From Candidatus Krumholzibacteriota bacterium (GTDB taxonomy: Bacteria > Krumholzibacteriota > Krumholzibacteriia > Krumholzibacteriales > Krumholzibacteriaceae), in NCBI GenBank assembly GCA_041309605.1, contig JBFYZH010000017.1, forward strand, positions 516 through 64,515: a stretch of 64,000 nucleotides of DNA. The letters are read 5' to 3'. The stretch's first letter is position 1; each line of letters starts with the position of its first letter. The notes under the pieces were generated by a model that was given only the letters and a program-made list of their open reading frames with translations, ran no database searches and was not told the origin of the DNA. This document shows positions 8,861 to 18,173 of this stretch, one piece after another. A program made the translations under genes and the position numbers.

Positions 8861-8986
8861 CCCGCCGGGGAAGATCTTCCCCTGGTCGTCTCCTGTAAAT
8901 ATTATCCTGACCGGTTCCCTGCCGGAACAACATGGAAGAATCAGGATAAGAAGGGCGGCTGCCAGCGCCTTTTCAAGGATTCTCAT
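8861..8986 (-). other. in-frame upstream extension of 7616..8845: Cys-Cys signal-like peptide plus the first metallophosphatase strand, separated by an in-frame TGA (8858..8860)
   Basis: From the ATG at 8986, the same frame as the 8845 start reads MRILEKALAAALLILILPCCSGREPVRIIFTGDDQGKIFPGG-TGA-GGNRMGGLARR... The segment VRIIFTGDDQG corresponds to the first metal-binding strand of 5'-nucleotidases (TNDxHG), with His replaced by Gln. An RBS-like AGAGGA lies upstream. Confidence 0.45.
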
Positions 8987-9035
8987 CCTTATGGATCCTC
9001 TTTTCCGAAAAATGATTCCTGCCGATAAATACCGT

Positions 9036-9080
9036 TAAATATAGGAAAAGGGGCAAAGAGAGTCCAGTCCCTTTGCCCCT
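9036..9080 (-). terminator. rho-independent terminator downstream of the HU gene
   Basis: A perfect 10-bp inverted repeat, aggggcaaag (9049-9058) / ctttgcccct (9071-9080), with a 12-nt loop. On the minus strand it is followed by UUUCCUAUAUUU. It lies 17 nt past the HU stop. Confidence 0.55.
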
Positions 9081-9096
9081 CTATGGTAAATCCCTC

Positions 9097-9390
9097 TTAC
9101 CTGGCTACACGACTCTTCAGAGCCTTTCCGGCCACGAAGGCGGGGAATTTTGTTGCTGCGATAATGATTGTTTCGCCTGTCTGAGGGTTGCGGCCTTTGC
9201 GTTTCTTGCGTTTGCGCTGAACGAACGTTCCAAATCCGGTGATCTGGACTCTTCTGCCTGCAGCTATCTCGTTGGCGATGATACCGTCCTTCGGAGATGT
9301 GCTGAAAATGGCCTCGATTGTCGCTCTGGTATCTTTCATTGTCATGCCGGTCTTCTTGGCGACCTTGTCGATCAATTCGGTCTTGTTCAT
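9097..9390 (-). CDS. hup: HU family DNA-binding protein
   Basis: MNKTELIDKVAKKTGMTMKDTRATIEAIF...GFGTFVQRKRKKRKGRNPQTGETIIIAATKFPAFVAGKALKSRV carries the classic HU/IHF arm motif. Start chosen at the Met preceded by GGAGGTGAAAAA; the ORF track extends it 33 codons further upstream. Confidence 0.85.
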   Translation of the reverse strand: MNKTELIDKVAKKTGMTMKDTRATIEAIFSTSPKDGIIANEIAAGRRVQITGFGTFVQRKRKKRKGRNPQTGETIIIAATKFPAFVAGKALKSRVAR

Positions 9391-9584
9391 TTTTTCACCT
9401 CCTTCGATTTTTATTGAATACAGCGGGACTTTAATCTCATGCGTCTTTTCTGTCAACACTTTTATACGGGTTTTATCCCGTCCTGACAAGTTTTTTCAGG
9501 AATCGCACTTTTTTGTTCGAAGGAAAAAAAGCGGGAAAATTTCCTCCCCGGCAGCCGGCGTCGTACCCGTTTCGTTTATGCGGA

Positions 9585-12500
9585 CTAATACGAAAGCGCA
9601 GACCTCAGGCCTCTCCTTCCCACCTCGTGATAGATATCCGGAAGATCCTTGATCCTTATCCTGAAATAAAAACCCCAGTCGTCGGCCAGCCTGCTGTGAG
9701 TGAATTCCGCTTCCCAGCAATGAAGGTCGCGATGAATGCTGTATATCTGACTTATGAATCTTCCGTTTTCCGGATCGAAGTATGCGGTGTACCTGGCGGT
9801 CCAGCCCTTCGTCAACTTCAGTGTCCCGTTGATGTCCACCTTGCTGCTGACGGTGCGCCGGAGGTTTATTCCGTGGTTCGTGGAAAAACCGAATCCGGTG
9901 CTGACATTCCATGAAGGAATATTCGAGGCGTTCCCAATGCCCGGCGGCAGGTTCGCCCCCCCAGTCATGTCCGTAAAGACCCCTTCATCGCCGCGCTTAT
10001 CGCCCGGTTCGTCCATGCCGGGAGAGACCGCCTCTCCGGCTTTCACGCCCCTGGCCGCCGCGATCACTTCCTGCTCGCCACGGTTCCAGCCGGAGCCGTA
10101 TGAAAAACCGCCGCTGAAATCGCGGCTCATGTTCATCGAGAAACTGGTCGATACGATCCGCCATTCATACGGATCGACCGTGTGGTCGAGCCGCAGGGAG
10201 ACGATCCGTTCGATGGTGGTGTTGATACCGCTCCGGATCGACGAAAACCTCCGGTCCTTGTCGAGTTCGGGATTGTAGCTTCCGCTCATCTCCCATGTCA
10301 GCGCGTTGTTCTTCTTAACCTCCTGGCCGTTTTTGATGTATTTAAGGTCAAGGATATTCCTGACCGAATATGTAATGTACCGGCTGGATTTCTGCTCCGC
10401 CGTCAGCCGCGGCGTATAGGAGTAGTTCACTGTCGGGTTGAAGGTGTGCCTGACGCCGCGCAGGATCCCTATCCCGGGGTAAAAGGTTCCATAGAAGCTT
10501 GTTCCCAATCCGGCCCCAAGCGACATCGAAACCTCGTTCGTGTAATCGGTGTCGCGGACTGGACCGGACCTGTTCGTGCCGGCGGCGTACGTTCCCTGAA
10601 GCATCCCGATGGCACCGTAGATCGGAGCTGATCCCGCGTCGGCGAGCCTTAGCGACGAGAAGGTACCGAAGCCGCCGGACGTGAATGTGAAATACCCGCT
10701 GTCCGGAGAAGTCGCCACGAAGGCCACCTCGATATTCTGACCGCCGGCCGACAGCAACGTTTCGATGTCCTGCGCGAGGAGGCCGAGGTCGCCGCCCGAC
10801 AGACATGCGCGGTCCGGCACCGTCACGACCGGTCCCGCCTCGCCGTCCACGTCGATGGCCAGCGAATTGCCCGCCGCGTCGATATGGACCGGAACACCGA
10901 TCAAGTCTCCCGTTATTATTGCGGGAGCCGCTTCGACGACCAGGCTTTCGTTTATATCGTCGTAGAGGATGTCGTTGTATTTCCAGTTGAGGCTGATCCT
11001 CGGCGAGAGATTGACGAAACTCAGCTTGTGCTGCTGGCTGAGGGAGACCGCGGAACTGGCGTTTATCCTGCCTTTCTTCCTGGCAAGACTCTCCTCGGTA
11101 TTAATGCTGCCCGAGAGGTTGGGCGCGAAGCTTACGCTTCTGAGGATCCTTTCCCAGGTCCCCCTTTCCTGCTCGGGGTGTTTTTCCCCGAACCACAGCG
11201 AGGTGCGCGGCAGGTTCAGACTGAACGAGGGAATCGTCATCGACACCCTGTTCTCGTTCGGATTGTCGGCGCTTACGTTCAGTTTCTGGTCACGTCTGGC
11301 GGACAGGCTGAGGCTCGTACCGTTCCAGCTTTTCCTGAAGCTCGCCGTCGAATAAATCCTCCTGTCGATGATCCTTTGGGCATCCTCCGCGCTGTAGACG
11401 GAGGATTGCGCCTGGTCGCTGCTGACGAACCTGAGATCCGCGTTGAGCGAGGCGGTCCTGCCGAACGTCTGACTGTGCCTGCCCTGGACCGTCCATTCGT
11501 TCGAGTTGGCCATCAGATTCCTGAAATAGTTGAAGCTCACATTGCCGTCAAGAACGTACCTGAGCTTGTAACGGTTTTCGACATGAAACCTGAAGCTGTT
11601 GTTTTCGTTGAAATCCGATATGGCGGTGAAGTCGGTATAGTCGTTGGTCGCCCAGTAATAACCGAGTCCGCGGATGAACCTTCCATCCCTGCTGTTTATC
11701 CCTATGTCGAAGTTCGGACGGAGAATCCCGGAATGCCTGTCGCGCCTCAGGGAATTGGCCAGGTAGGGCAGGTAGAAAACGGGTATCTCCCCCACGTACA
11801 GGGTGACCGGGCCCGAGACTATCTTCTCTCCTATATAAATCTTCATCTTCCCGGCACGCATGGAGTAATGAGGCCTGGCGAGATCGCACGTGGTATAGGT
11901 GGAGTTGTACACCTTCAGCACCTTGTCGCTGTCCTTGAATATATGCTCGCCCCGGTAATACCCTGTATCGTACTGCGTGGATCCGTCCACGACCAGCCCT
12001 CCCTCCGTATCCATGTCGTATCCCATGGTCGCGCCGAACATCTCCTGCTTGTCTTCTTCGAGTATGGGATTGTCCTCGGCTTCCAGGATGTTGAGCCTCG
12101 AGTTGAATTTTATATGGCCGGCCTTCAGCGACTTGTTCTGGTAATCCAGCACGGCACCGCCGTTCAGAACGATATCCTCGACCTCGGCGAAATATTCGAT
12201 TTTCTTTGCCTTGTATACGACCCTCTCCGCGTTCTTCGTAAAGGAGCGGTGGACCATGCTCGAATCGATCGTAGCCGACAGGCTGTCGATCGTCTCTCCG
12301 GCTTTCAGGTTCAGGTAATTGTAGACCCCCTCGGCGGCGCCGGATATCCTCACGTAACTGAGGTCCTCGCCCCTGAACCTGAAATACATGCTGTCCCCTT
12401 TTGAATAGTTGTTCGACACTTTTTTCTCTTCGCCTTCGTACGGATAGTACATCGCCCGTGCGCCGCCGAAGACCCTTACCGAATCGACGAGGTCGTCGGA

Positions 12501-13481
12501 CATATGGATTATCAGCGAGTCGCCCTCGAGCCAGGAATCCTCCCTCCACGGGGAACCCGGATCCGGAGCGTCGGTGAGCCTGCCATTGACGGGCAGCACG
12601 ATCCTTTCGATCCCCTGGTCGTTATAGTAGAGAATCGCCCTTTCCCCCTTCATGCCCGACGATCCGCTCCTGGCCTGCGGGTTTCCGAAGAGCTCCATGA
12701 ATCCCTCGTCGTTGTGGATCACGGAGGAATCGCACGTCGCCCTCGTCTCCCCCTTTACCATCCTTACGTCTCCGGTCGCGTACCCGGTGGAACTCGCCAT
12801 GTCGAAATGCATGAGCCGGCTGACGACCCTCCCCTCCTGCTCCGCCCTGTCATCGAACACCAGAACGGGATCGACGTCCATGAAAGCCTCTTTCGATTTC
12901 CTGAAGAAGCGGGCGTGCCTGCCCGATATCGAATAGTCATCGACCTGGTCTATCAGCACGACTCTTCCCGTGGCGTCGGCGATCCCGGAGTTGCGGTCGT
13001 AATGTACGCTGTCGGCGTACATCACCCTCGTCTCGTCGGAGAGCCTGACGCTCCCGATGAGCAGGACGATCGCTTTTTTTCTTTCATAACGGGCCCTGTC
13101 GCATACTATCTCCATCGTGCCGTCCACGATCCTTACGTTATCCTTCAGGGAGAGGGTGTTGGTGAACCCGGAATACTCGCCCATGTCTCCGAACAGATCC
13201 ATGGTGCCATCGTGCCCGTGGACCCTTCCCGTGAGGATCGTCTGCCGGGCGGTCCGGAAATCCTTTCCCTGATCGCTCGTTATCCACGCGGACTGATGGT
13301 CTATGCGCACGCCGCCGTCCAGGTAGGAGACCTCGACGCCCTCCTCGAGCCTCAACCTGTAGGTCGCAGCCGTCACCCTGTATACCGTGGAGTCCGAAAG
13401 GGCGGGATCGGTACCCGCGGGATCCGCCGGGAGACATGCAGCCCGGACATCAAAACACAACGCCAGCAGGACGCCGGCCAT
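9585..13481 (-). CDS. lptD: LPS-assembly outer membrane protein LptD, unusually long (about 1300 aa), with several N-terminal OstA/LptA-like repeats
   Basis: GEIPVFYLPYLANSLRRDRHSGILRPNFDIG...YYWATNDYTDFTAISDF parallels E. coli LptD PVFYSPYL...RRSGFLIPNAKY...FYLPYYWNIAPN. There are several OstA_N-like segments (e.g. MEIVCDRARYERKKAIVLLIGSVRLSDETRVMYADSVHYDRNSGIADATGRVVLID). Start taken at MAGVLLALCF (signal-like), not at the far-upstream first Met. Confidence 0.8.
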   Translation of the reverse strand: MAGVLLALCFDVRAACLPADPAGTDPALSDSTVYRVTAATYRLRLEEGVEVSYLDGGVRIDHQSAWITSDQGKDFRTARQTILTGRVHGHDGTMDLFGDMGEYSGFTNTLSLKDNVRIVDGTMEIVCDRARYERKKAIVLLIGSVRLSDETRVMYADSVHYDRNSGIADATGRVVLIDQVDDYSISGRHARFFRKSKEAFMDVDPVLVFDDRAEQEGRVVSRLMHFDMASSTGYATGDVRMVKGETRATCDSSVIHNDEGFMELFGNPQARSGSSGMKGERAILYYNDQGIERIVLPVNGRLTDAPDPGSPWREDSWLEGDSLIIHMSDDLVDSVRVFGGARAMYYPYEGEEKKVSNNYSKGDSMYFRFRGEDLSYVRISGAAEGVYNYLNLKAGETIDSLSATIDSSMVHRSFTKNAERVVYKAKKIEYFAEVEDIVLNGGAVLDYQNKSLKAGHIKFNSRLNILEAEDNPILEEDKQEMFGATMGYDMDTEGGLVVDGSTQYDTGYYRGEHIFKDSDKVLKVYNSTYTTCDLARPHYSMRAGKMKIYIGEKIVSGPVTLYVGEIPVFYLPYLANSLRRDRHSGILRPNFDIGINSRDGRFIRGLGYYWATNDYTDFTAISDFNENNSFRFHVENRYKLRYVLDGNVSFNYFRNLMANSNEWTVQGRHSQTFGRTASLNADLRFVSSDQAQSSVYSAEDAQRIIDRRIYSTASFRKSWNGTSLSLSARRDQKLNVSADNPNENRVSMTIPSFSLNLPRTSLWFGEKHPEQERGTWERILRSVSFAPNLSGSINTEESLARKKGRINASSAVSLSQQHKLSFVNLSPRISLNWKYNDILYDDINESLVVEAAPAIITGDLIGVPVHIDAAGNSLAIDVDGEAGPVVTVPDRACLSGGDLGLLAQDIETLLSAGGQNIEVAFVATSPDSGYFTFTSGGFGTFSSLRLADAGSAPIYGAIGMLQGTYAAGTNRSGPVRDTDYTNEVSMSLGAGLGTSFYGTFYPGIGILRGVRHTFNPTVNYSYTPRLTAEQKSSRYITYSVRNILDLKYIKNGQEVKKNNALTWEMSGSYNPELDKDRRFSSIRSGINTTIERIVSLRLDHTVDPYEWRIVSTSFSMNMSRDFSGGFSYGSGWNRGEQEVIAAARGVKAGEAVSPGMDEPGDKRGDEGVFTDMTGGANLPPGIGNASNIPSWNVSTGFGFSTNHGINLRRTVSSKVDINGTLKLTKGWTARYTAYFDPENGRFISQIYSIHRDLHCWEAEFTHSRLADDWGFYFRIRIKDLPDIYHEVGRRGLRSALSY

Positions 13482-13575
13482 GGCCCTGGACGAACGCCTC
13501 AAAACCGATCCTTTCACTTCACCGGTTATCTTTTTCAACAGCGGTACTTGACTTTCCGCCCCCGGTCCCGCCCGT

Positions 13576-14505
13576 TTATCCTTTTTCAAGAGCGAGCATG
13601 GAAGCTCCCAGAAACGCGGCCATGTTCCCGAGTTCGGCGGGAACGATCCGGACAGTCGACAGGATATCACCTATGAGATGTTCTTTCATCGATTTCCTTG
13701 CCGGTTCGAGTATAAAATCCCCGGCGCCGGCGACGCCGCCGCCGACGGCGACGACCTCGGGATTGAGTATGTGGACTATGTTGGCAAGCCCGATGCCGAG
13801 CAGCCTTCCGGTCTCCGCCAGGGCTTCGATCGCCACGCCGTCACCGAGCGAAGCGGCTTCAGAGATGTCCCTGACGGTCAGGTTTTTCGAAAGTACCAGG
13901 CGGCCGCCGGGCTTTCGAGCGGCCAGTTCGAGCGCTCTAGCCGTAATCGAGGCCGCCCCGGTCACGGCCTCGAGACACCCCCTGTTTCCGCAGGAACAGA
14001 GCGGCCCTCCATCGATGATGATATGGTGCCCTATTTCGCCGGCGAGGCCCTGAGCCCCCCGGTAGAGCCTGCCGTCGATGACTATCCCGCCTCCCACTCC
14101 CGTACCGAGCGTGATGGCCACAAAGTGCCTGGTCCCCCTTCCCGCCCCCATAATATATTCGCCCCAAACGGCGCAGTTGACGTCGTTGTCGAGAGTGACC
14201 GTAAGACCGAGCCTTCGTTCGAATATTTCCCCAAGGGATACGTCTTTCCATCCGGGAAGGTTCGGGGAGGTATAAAGAAATCCCCTTTCGCCGTCGACCA
14301 GGCCTGCGCAATCGATCCCCGCCGCCCGTATGCCGGGGTATTTTCCGCGCCGCTTCGCGTACCACTCTTCGACCTTCATTGCGACGGCTTCCGGCCCTCC
14401 GGCGGCGGTTACGATTGACCCGTGTTCGATCACCTCCCCACTTTCGCTCACGATGCCCAGTTTCACGTTCGTCCCGCCGATATCGACTCCGAGTATCTTT
14501 TTCAT
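13576..14505 (-). CDS. ROK-family sugar kinase (glucokinase-like)
   Basis: MKKILGVDIGGTNVKLGIV, the ROK signature, and the zinc motif GHHIIIDGGPLCSCGNRGCLE. Confidence 0.75.
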   Translation of the reverse strand: MKKILGVDIGGTNVKLGIVSESGEVIEHGSIVTAAGGPEAVAMKVEEWYAKRRGKYPGIRAAGIDCAGLVDGERGFLYTSPNLPGWKDVSLGEIFERRLGLTVTLDNDVNCAVWGEYIMGAGRGTRHFVAITLGTGVGGGIVIDGRLYRGAQGLAGEIGHHIIIDGGPLCSCGNRGCLEAVTGAASITARALELAARKPGGRLVLSKNLTVRDISEAASLGDGVAIEALAETGRLLGIGLANIVHILNPEVVAVGGGVAGAGDFILEPARKSMKEHLIGDILSTVRIVPAELGNMAAFLGASMLALEKG

Positions 14506-15830
14506 CCCGTTCCTTTCCCGGCCGCCGACGCCTCAAGGCAACCCGCGGCCTCCTCAACGGCCACGTGCGAACCCAGCACCAGGAGCGTGTCGTCCAGGCG
14601 AAGCGATCCGGTCGCGAGAACGATCGCCTCCGCCATATTCCGGGCCTCGATTATACTGACAGGCCGGCGGCCGGCGGCCGCGCCGGCAGCGAACGATCCA
14701 CGCGCCCCCTTCTTTCGCGCGCATGTAGTCTTCCCTTCTTCCGCCGTCGCGGCGGCGAACCGCGACGACAGCTGCCGGACGCCGGCGCTACCCTCATCCT
14801 TCAACTGCACCAGGATTATCTCCCTTGCGGATCTCGCCGCGACCGAAGGAAACCGGCCGGTCTCCTTTCGGGACATTATCCCGAAGACCAGGACATTGTT
14901 TTGCGCCGGGGATATCCTTGTCAGCGTATTCATCGCCGCAAGAAGCGATTCTTCGTTATGCGACACGTCCAATACGACCCTTGGCTTGCCGGGCATTACC
15001 TGGAAACGTCCCTGGAAAAAGGCATTCTTCAGCCCGTCCCTTATCGCGTCGATGCCGACACATTTCGTTTCCCGTTCCAGCAGCTCGGCGCATCTGACGG
15101 CGGTAACCGCATTTTCCATCTGGACCCTTCCGATCATCGATGTGGCGACCAGGCCGTAATCCCTTCGAGGTGTCCGCAGAGAAAAGGTCATGGAATCCTG
15201 GGTCAACGACGCGAGCCTGCGCCGCACTCCCGAGCGCGAATCGACCAGCGGAATTCCATTTTCCCCGCAATACTCCCGCGCGCGCTCGAGCAGCGCGTCC
15301 GAATCGAGGCTTGCGACAAGGGGGATCCCTTTCCTCGCTATACCCAGTTTTTCACCCAGTATTTTTTTCCTGCTTCTGCCGAGATGTTCGCGGTGATCGA
15401 CGGATATGCCCGTGATAACGGTAAGGACGGCATCGACCAGTCGCGTGGCGTCGAGTCTTCCGCCAAGCCCGACCTCGAAGACGGCGATATCGGTCTTCGA
15501 TCTCATGAAATGCAGCGCCGCCGCCGCGGTCATCCCCTCGAAGAACGTGAACGGTATCCTGCCGTGATATTCCCTGATCTCTCCGAGCAACCCGTCGAGG
15601 ACCGGGCTGGGGATCTCCTCCCCGTTTACTCTGATACGTTCGTTCACCCTGAACAGGTGAGGCGAATAAAAGGTCCCCGTCTTCATCCCGGCACAGCGCA
15701 GTATCGACGATATGTAAGTGGTCACCGATCCTTTGCCGTTGGTGCCGGCGACAAGAACGGAAGGGAATCTCTTGTGGGGGCTGCCCAGAACTTCGAGAAG
15801 CGCCGAAATATTTTCAAGACCCAGTTTCAT
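14502..15830 (-). CDS. folC: folylpolyglutamate synthase/dihydrofolate synthase
   Basis: LVAGTNGKGSVTTY (Mur ligase P-loop) and ...ITGISVDHREHLG. Start chosen at MKLGLENISALL; it overlaps the ROK kinase stop by 4 nt. Confidence 0.75.
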   Translation of the reverse strand: MKLGLENISALLEVLGSPHKRFPSVLVAGTNGKGSVTTYISSILRCAGMKTGTFYSPHLFRVNERIRVNGEEIPSPVLDGLLGEIREYHGRIPFTFFEGMTAAAALHFMRSKTDIAVFEVGLGGRLDATRLVDAVLTVITGISVDHREHLGRSRKKILGEKLGIARKGIPLVASLDSDALLERAREYCGENGIPLVDSRSGVRRRLASLTQDSMTFSLRTPRRDYGLVATSMIGRVQMENAVTAVRCAELLERETKCVGIDAIRDGLKNAFFQGRFQVMPGKPRVVLDVSHNEESLLAAMNTLTRISPAQNNVLVFGIMSRKETGRFPSVAARSAREIILVQLKDEGSAGVRQLSSRFAAATAEEGKTTCARKKGARGSFAAGAAAGRRPVSIIEARNMAEAIVLATGSLRLDDTLLVLGSHVAVEEAAGCLEASAAGKGTG

Positions 15831-15882
15831 GGAGGCGGGCCTCAGGGAGAAGAGAAATTCTATATTGGGAAAGGGCGTGGCC

Positions 15883-16788
15883 CTACCAGATGAGTGAGAT
15901 CGTTTTACGGTCATTCTCCTGGTCTTTTTCCTCCAACCGGGTCGACACGCCGCTCATGAGGCTGCCGATAAGGTAATCGAGGGTTTTTTTCAGCTTCTGG
16001 CGGCTCGCTATTATATCTATCATACCGTGTTCGAGAAGAAACTCGGAACGCTGGAACCCTTCCGGCAGCTCCTCTCCAACGGTCTCGCGTATGACCCTCG
16101 GCCCGGCGAAACCGATCAGGGCCTTGGGTTCGGCGATTATGATATCGCCCTGAAAAGCGAATGACGCGGCGACTCCACCTGTCGTGGGATTCGTCAGCAC
16201 CGAAATGAACGGCAGGCCTGCCCGCGATACCATGGCCATCGACGCCGAAGTCTTGGCCATCTGCATCAGGGAGAAAATCGACTCCTGCATGCGCGCCCCG
16301 CCCGAAGCGGTCACGATCACAAGCGGCAATCTTTCATCGACCGCCTTGAGCGCGATCCTGTGTATCTTTTCACCCACGACCGACCCCATGCTTCCCCCCA
16401 TGAACGAGAAATCCATGATCCCCAGAGCCACCCGCCGTTCGTTCATCCGTGCCGTGCCGGTTATTATCGCCGAATTGCCTATGGACTGTTTTCGCGCCGC
16501 TTTCAGCCTGTCTGTGTATCTCTTGCTGTCCCTGAAAGAAAGGGGATCGGTCGAAACAAGGCCGGATTCCGTTTCCTCAAACGTCGATTGATCGAAAAGT
16601 ATCTCGATGTATGTCGATGCGTTGATCCTGAAGTGGAATGCGCACTTGGGACAAACCGAAAGATGCCTCGTCAGTTCCTTTTTGTAGAGAATCTCGCCGC
16701 AGGAAGGACACTTTTCCCACAACCCGTCAGGTACTTCCTTTTTCCGCCAGGTCTTTATCCCCTTTTTATCCCTGGTAAGCCAGTTCAT
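15883..16788 (-). CDS. accD: acetyl-CoA carboxylase carboxyltransferase beta subunit
   Basis: N-terminal zinc finger CPSCGEILYKKELTRHLSVCPKCAFHFR. A carboxyltransferase region GGSMGSVVGEK...GGARMQE. Confidence 0.85.
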   Translation of the reverse strand: MNWLTRDKKGIKTWRKKEVPDGLWEKCPSCGEILYKKELTRHLSVCPKCAFHFRINASTYIEILFDQSTFEETESGLVSTDPLSFRDSKRYTDRLKAARKQSIGNSAIITGTARMNERRVALGIMDFSFMGGSMGSVVGEKIHRIALKAVDERLPLVIVTASGGARMQESIFSLMQMAKTSASMAMVSRAGLPFISVLTNPTTGGVAASFAFQGDIIIAEPKALIGFAGPRVIRETVGEELPEGFQRSEFLLEHGMIDIIASRQKLKKTLDYLIGSLMSGVSTRLEEKDQENDRKTISLIW

Positions 16789-16942
16789 ACCTTTCCACCC
16801 CCTGGGTCAGGTCCCGCTATATATTACCGCCATGTTCCGCCGCTTCGCGCAGGGACGCTCACATCGGGTTCCCTCGACCTTTATACTTTAGGTCATAAAT
16901 GTAGCACCTGGGGATGAAAGCAGAAAGCCCTTTTTTCATCAT

Positions 16943-17731
16943 TCAGGGATCGCGGATCTCCCGTGAAACGGCACGGATTATTTCAAGAAGCATCCCGGCT
17001 CCCTTTTTTCCCATTCGGACGACCTTTTCATGGCCGGTTTCCATGTGCGAGACGTTGGCCGTATGATTGGTTATCCAGCTGAGGCAGGCGGTTTCGATAC
17101 CGGTTCCGCCGGCTTCCACAAGCTCGGGCAGCGGGGACATCGTCGCCGCATCAGCCCCAAGTTCCTGAGCCGCAATCGCTTCCGCAACGGTCTCGTAATT
17201 GGGGCCGGCCGTCCAGAAAAGGATGCCCCCCTGAATTGGAATCCCCGCCTTCAGAGACGCCCGATAGACCAGGCTTTGGAATCCTTCGGAAATCAGAGGC
17301 GCGGATCTGCCGGCCATTCCATCCAGAACCTTTTCCCGGCACCTTGGACAGGGGAAGGAAACGATATCTTCCGCAAGCATCCACGAACCGGGCCGCAGGC
17401 CGGGCTTGAGGCTTCCCGCCGCCTGGGTCAGAAGCAATCTGCGGCACCCGAGAGCGGCGGCCAGTCTCACCGGACCGGCAGCGGACGCCTGGTCTCCTTT
17501 TTCGTAAAGATGGATCCGACCGGCGAAGACCAACACCCTTTCCTCGAGCAGAAAGATCCTTCCGGGATGTCCGCTTACCGAGGGCGCCGGCAACCCGTCC
17601 AGATCGCGGTACCCGCAGGATTCGACGGGACGGACCAGCTTCTCCATTACGGAGAGCCCCGACCCCAGGATAACGGCGAGGTCCGCCTTCCCGGTCAACC
17701 GCGACAGGGCGGCCGAGGTCATTTCAACCAA
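16943..17731 (-). CDS. purine nucleoside phosphorylase (PNP/MTAP family)
   Basis: GRIHLYEKGDQ (the GRxHxYEG motif) and ILFWTAGPNYETVAEAIAAQELGADAATMSPLPE. Confidence 0.7.
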   Translation of the reverse strand: MVEMTSAALSRLTGKADLAVILGSGLSVMEKLVRPVESCGYRDLDGLPAPSVSGHPGRIFLLEERVLVFAGRIHLYEKGDQASAAGPVRLAAALGCRRLLLTQAAGSLKPGLRPGSWMLAEDIVSFPCPRCREKVLDGMAGRSAPLISEGFQSLVYRASLKAGIPIQGGILFWTAGPNYETVAEAIAAQELGADAATMSPLPELVEAGGTGIETACLSWITNHTANVSHMETGHEKVVRMGKKGAGMLLEIIRAVSREIRDP

Positions 17732-18173
17732 TTTCCTTCTCCAGCACCAGGGCGTCCTCTCCGTTTTCGCTGTAATATCCCTTCCTCACGCCGATCTCCC
17801 GGAAACCCTTCTTAAAATAGAAATTCTGCGCTCTGAGATTGCTTTTCCTTACCTCAAGGATGGCTTTTGTACAACCATGCCGCGCCCCCTCGGAAAGAGC
17901 CATTTCGAGAAGGATGTCAGCTATCCCGCGCCCTCTCTTTTCGGGGCGCACGCCGATGCTCAGGATATGCACCTCCTCGTACCCGAACCACGCGATGATA
18001 TATCCCTGGATCTTACCGTCCGCCATATGCACGAGGTTGGACGAAACGCCGTCCAGTTTTATCTGGCAACGGAACATGTTTTCCGTCCATGGCATGTCGA
18101 AACACTCCCGTTCAAGGGCAAGGAGTTCCGGCACATCTTCTTCCGACATCCTTCTGACGACGGCATCGCTCAT
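17724..18173 (-). CDS. rimI: GNAT acetyltransferase, RimI-like
   Basis: The C-terminal 149 aa (MSDAVVRRMSEEDVPELLALERECF...ILSIGVRPEKRGRGIADILL...) have GNAT motif A. The upstream 78 codons of the ORF are Arg-rich read-through. Position in a tsaE-tsaB-rimI array. My hand-read position for the start codon is one nt off the ORF-track frame in this stretch, which suggests a local coordinate slip in my reading; the coordinates given follow the track arithmetic. Confidence 0.7.
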   Translation of the reverse strand: MSDAVVRRMSEEDVPELLALERECFDMPWTENMFRCQIKLDGVSSNLVHMADGKIQGYIIAWFGYEEVHILSIGVRPEKRGRGIADILLEMALSEGARHGCTKAILEVRKSNLRAQNFYFKKGFREIGVRKGYYSENGEDALVLEKEIG

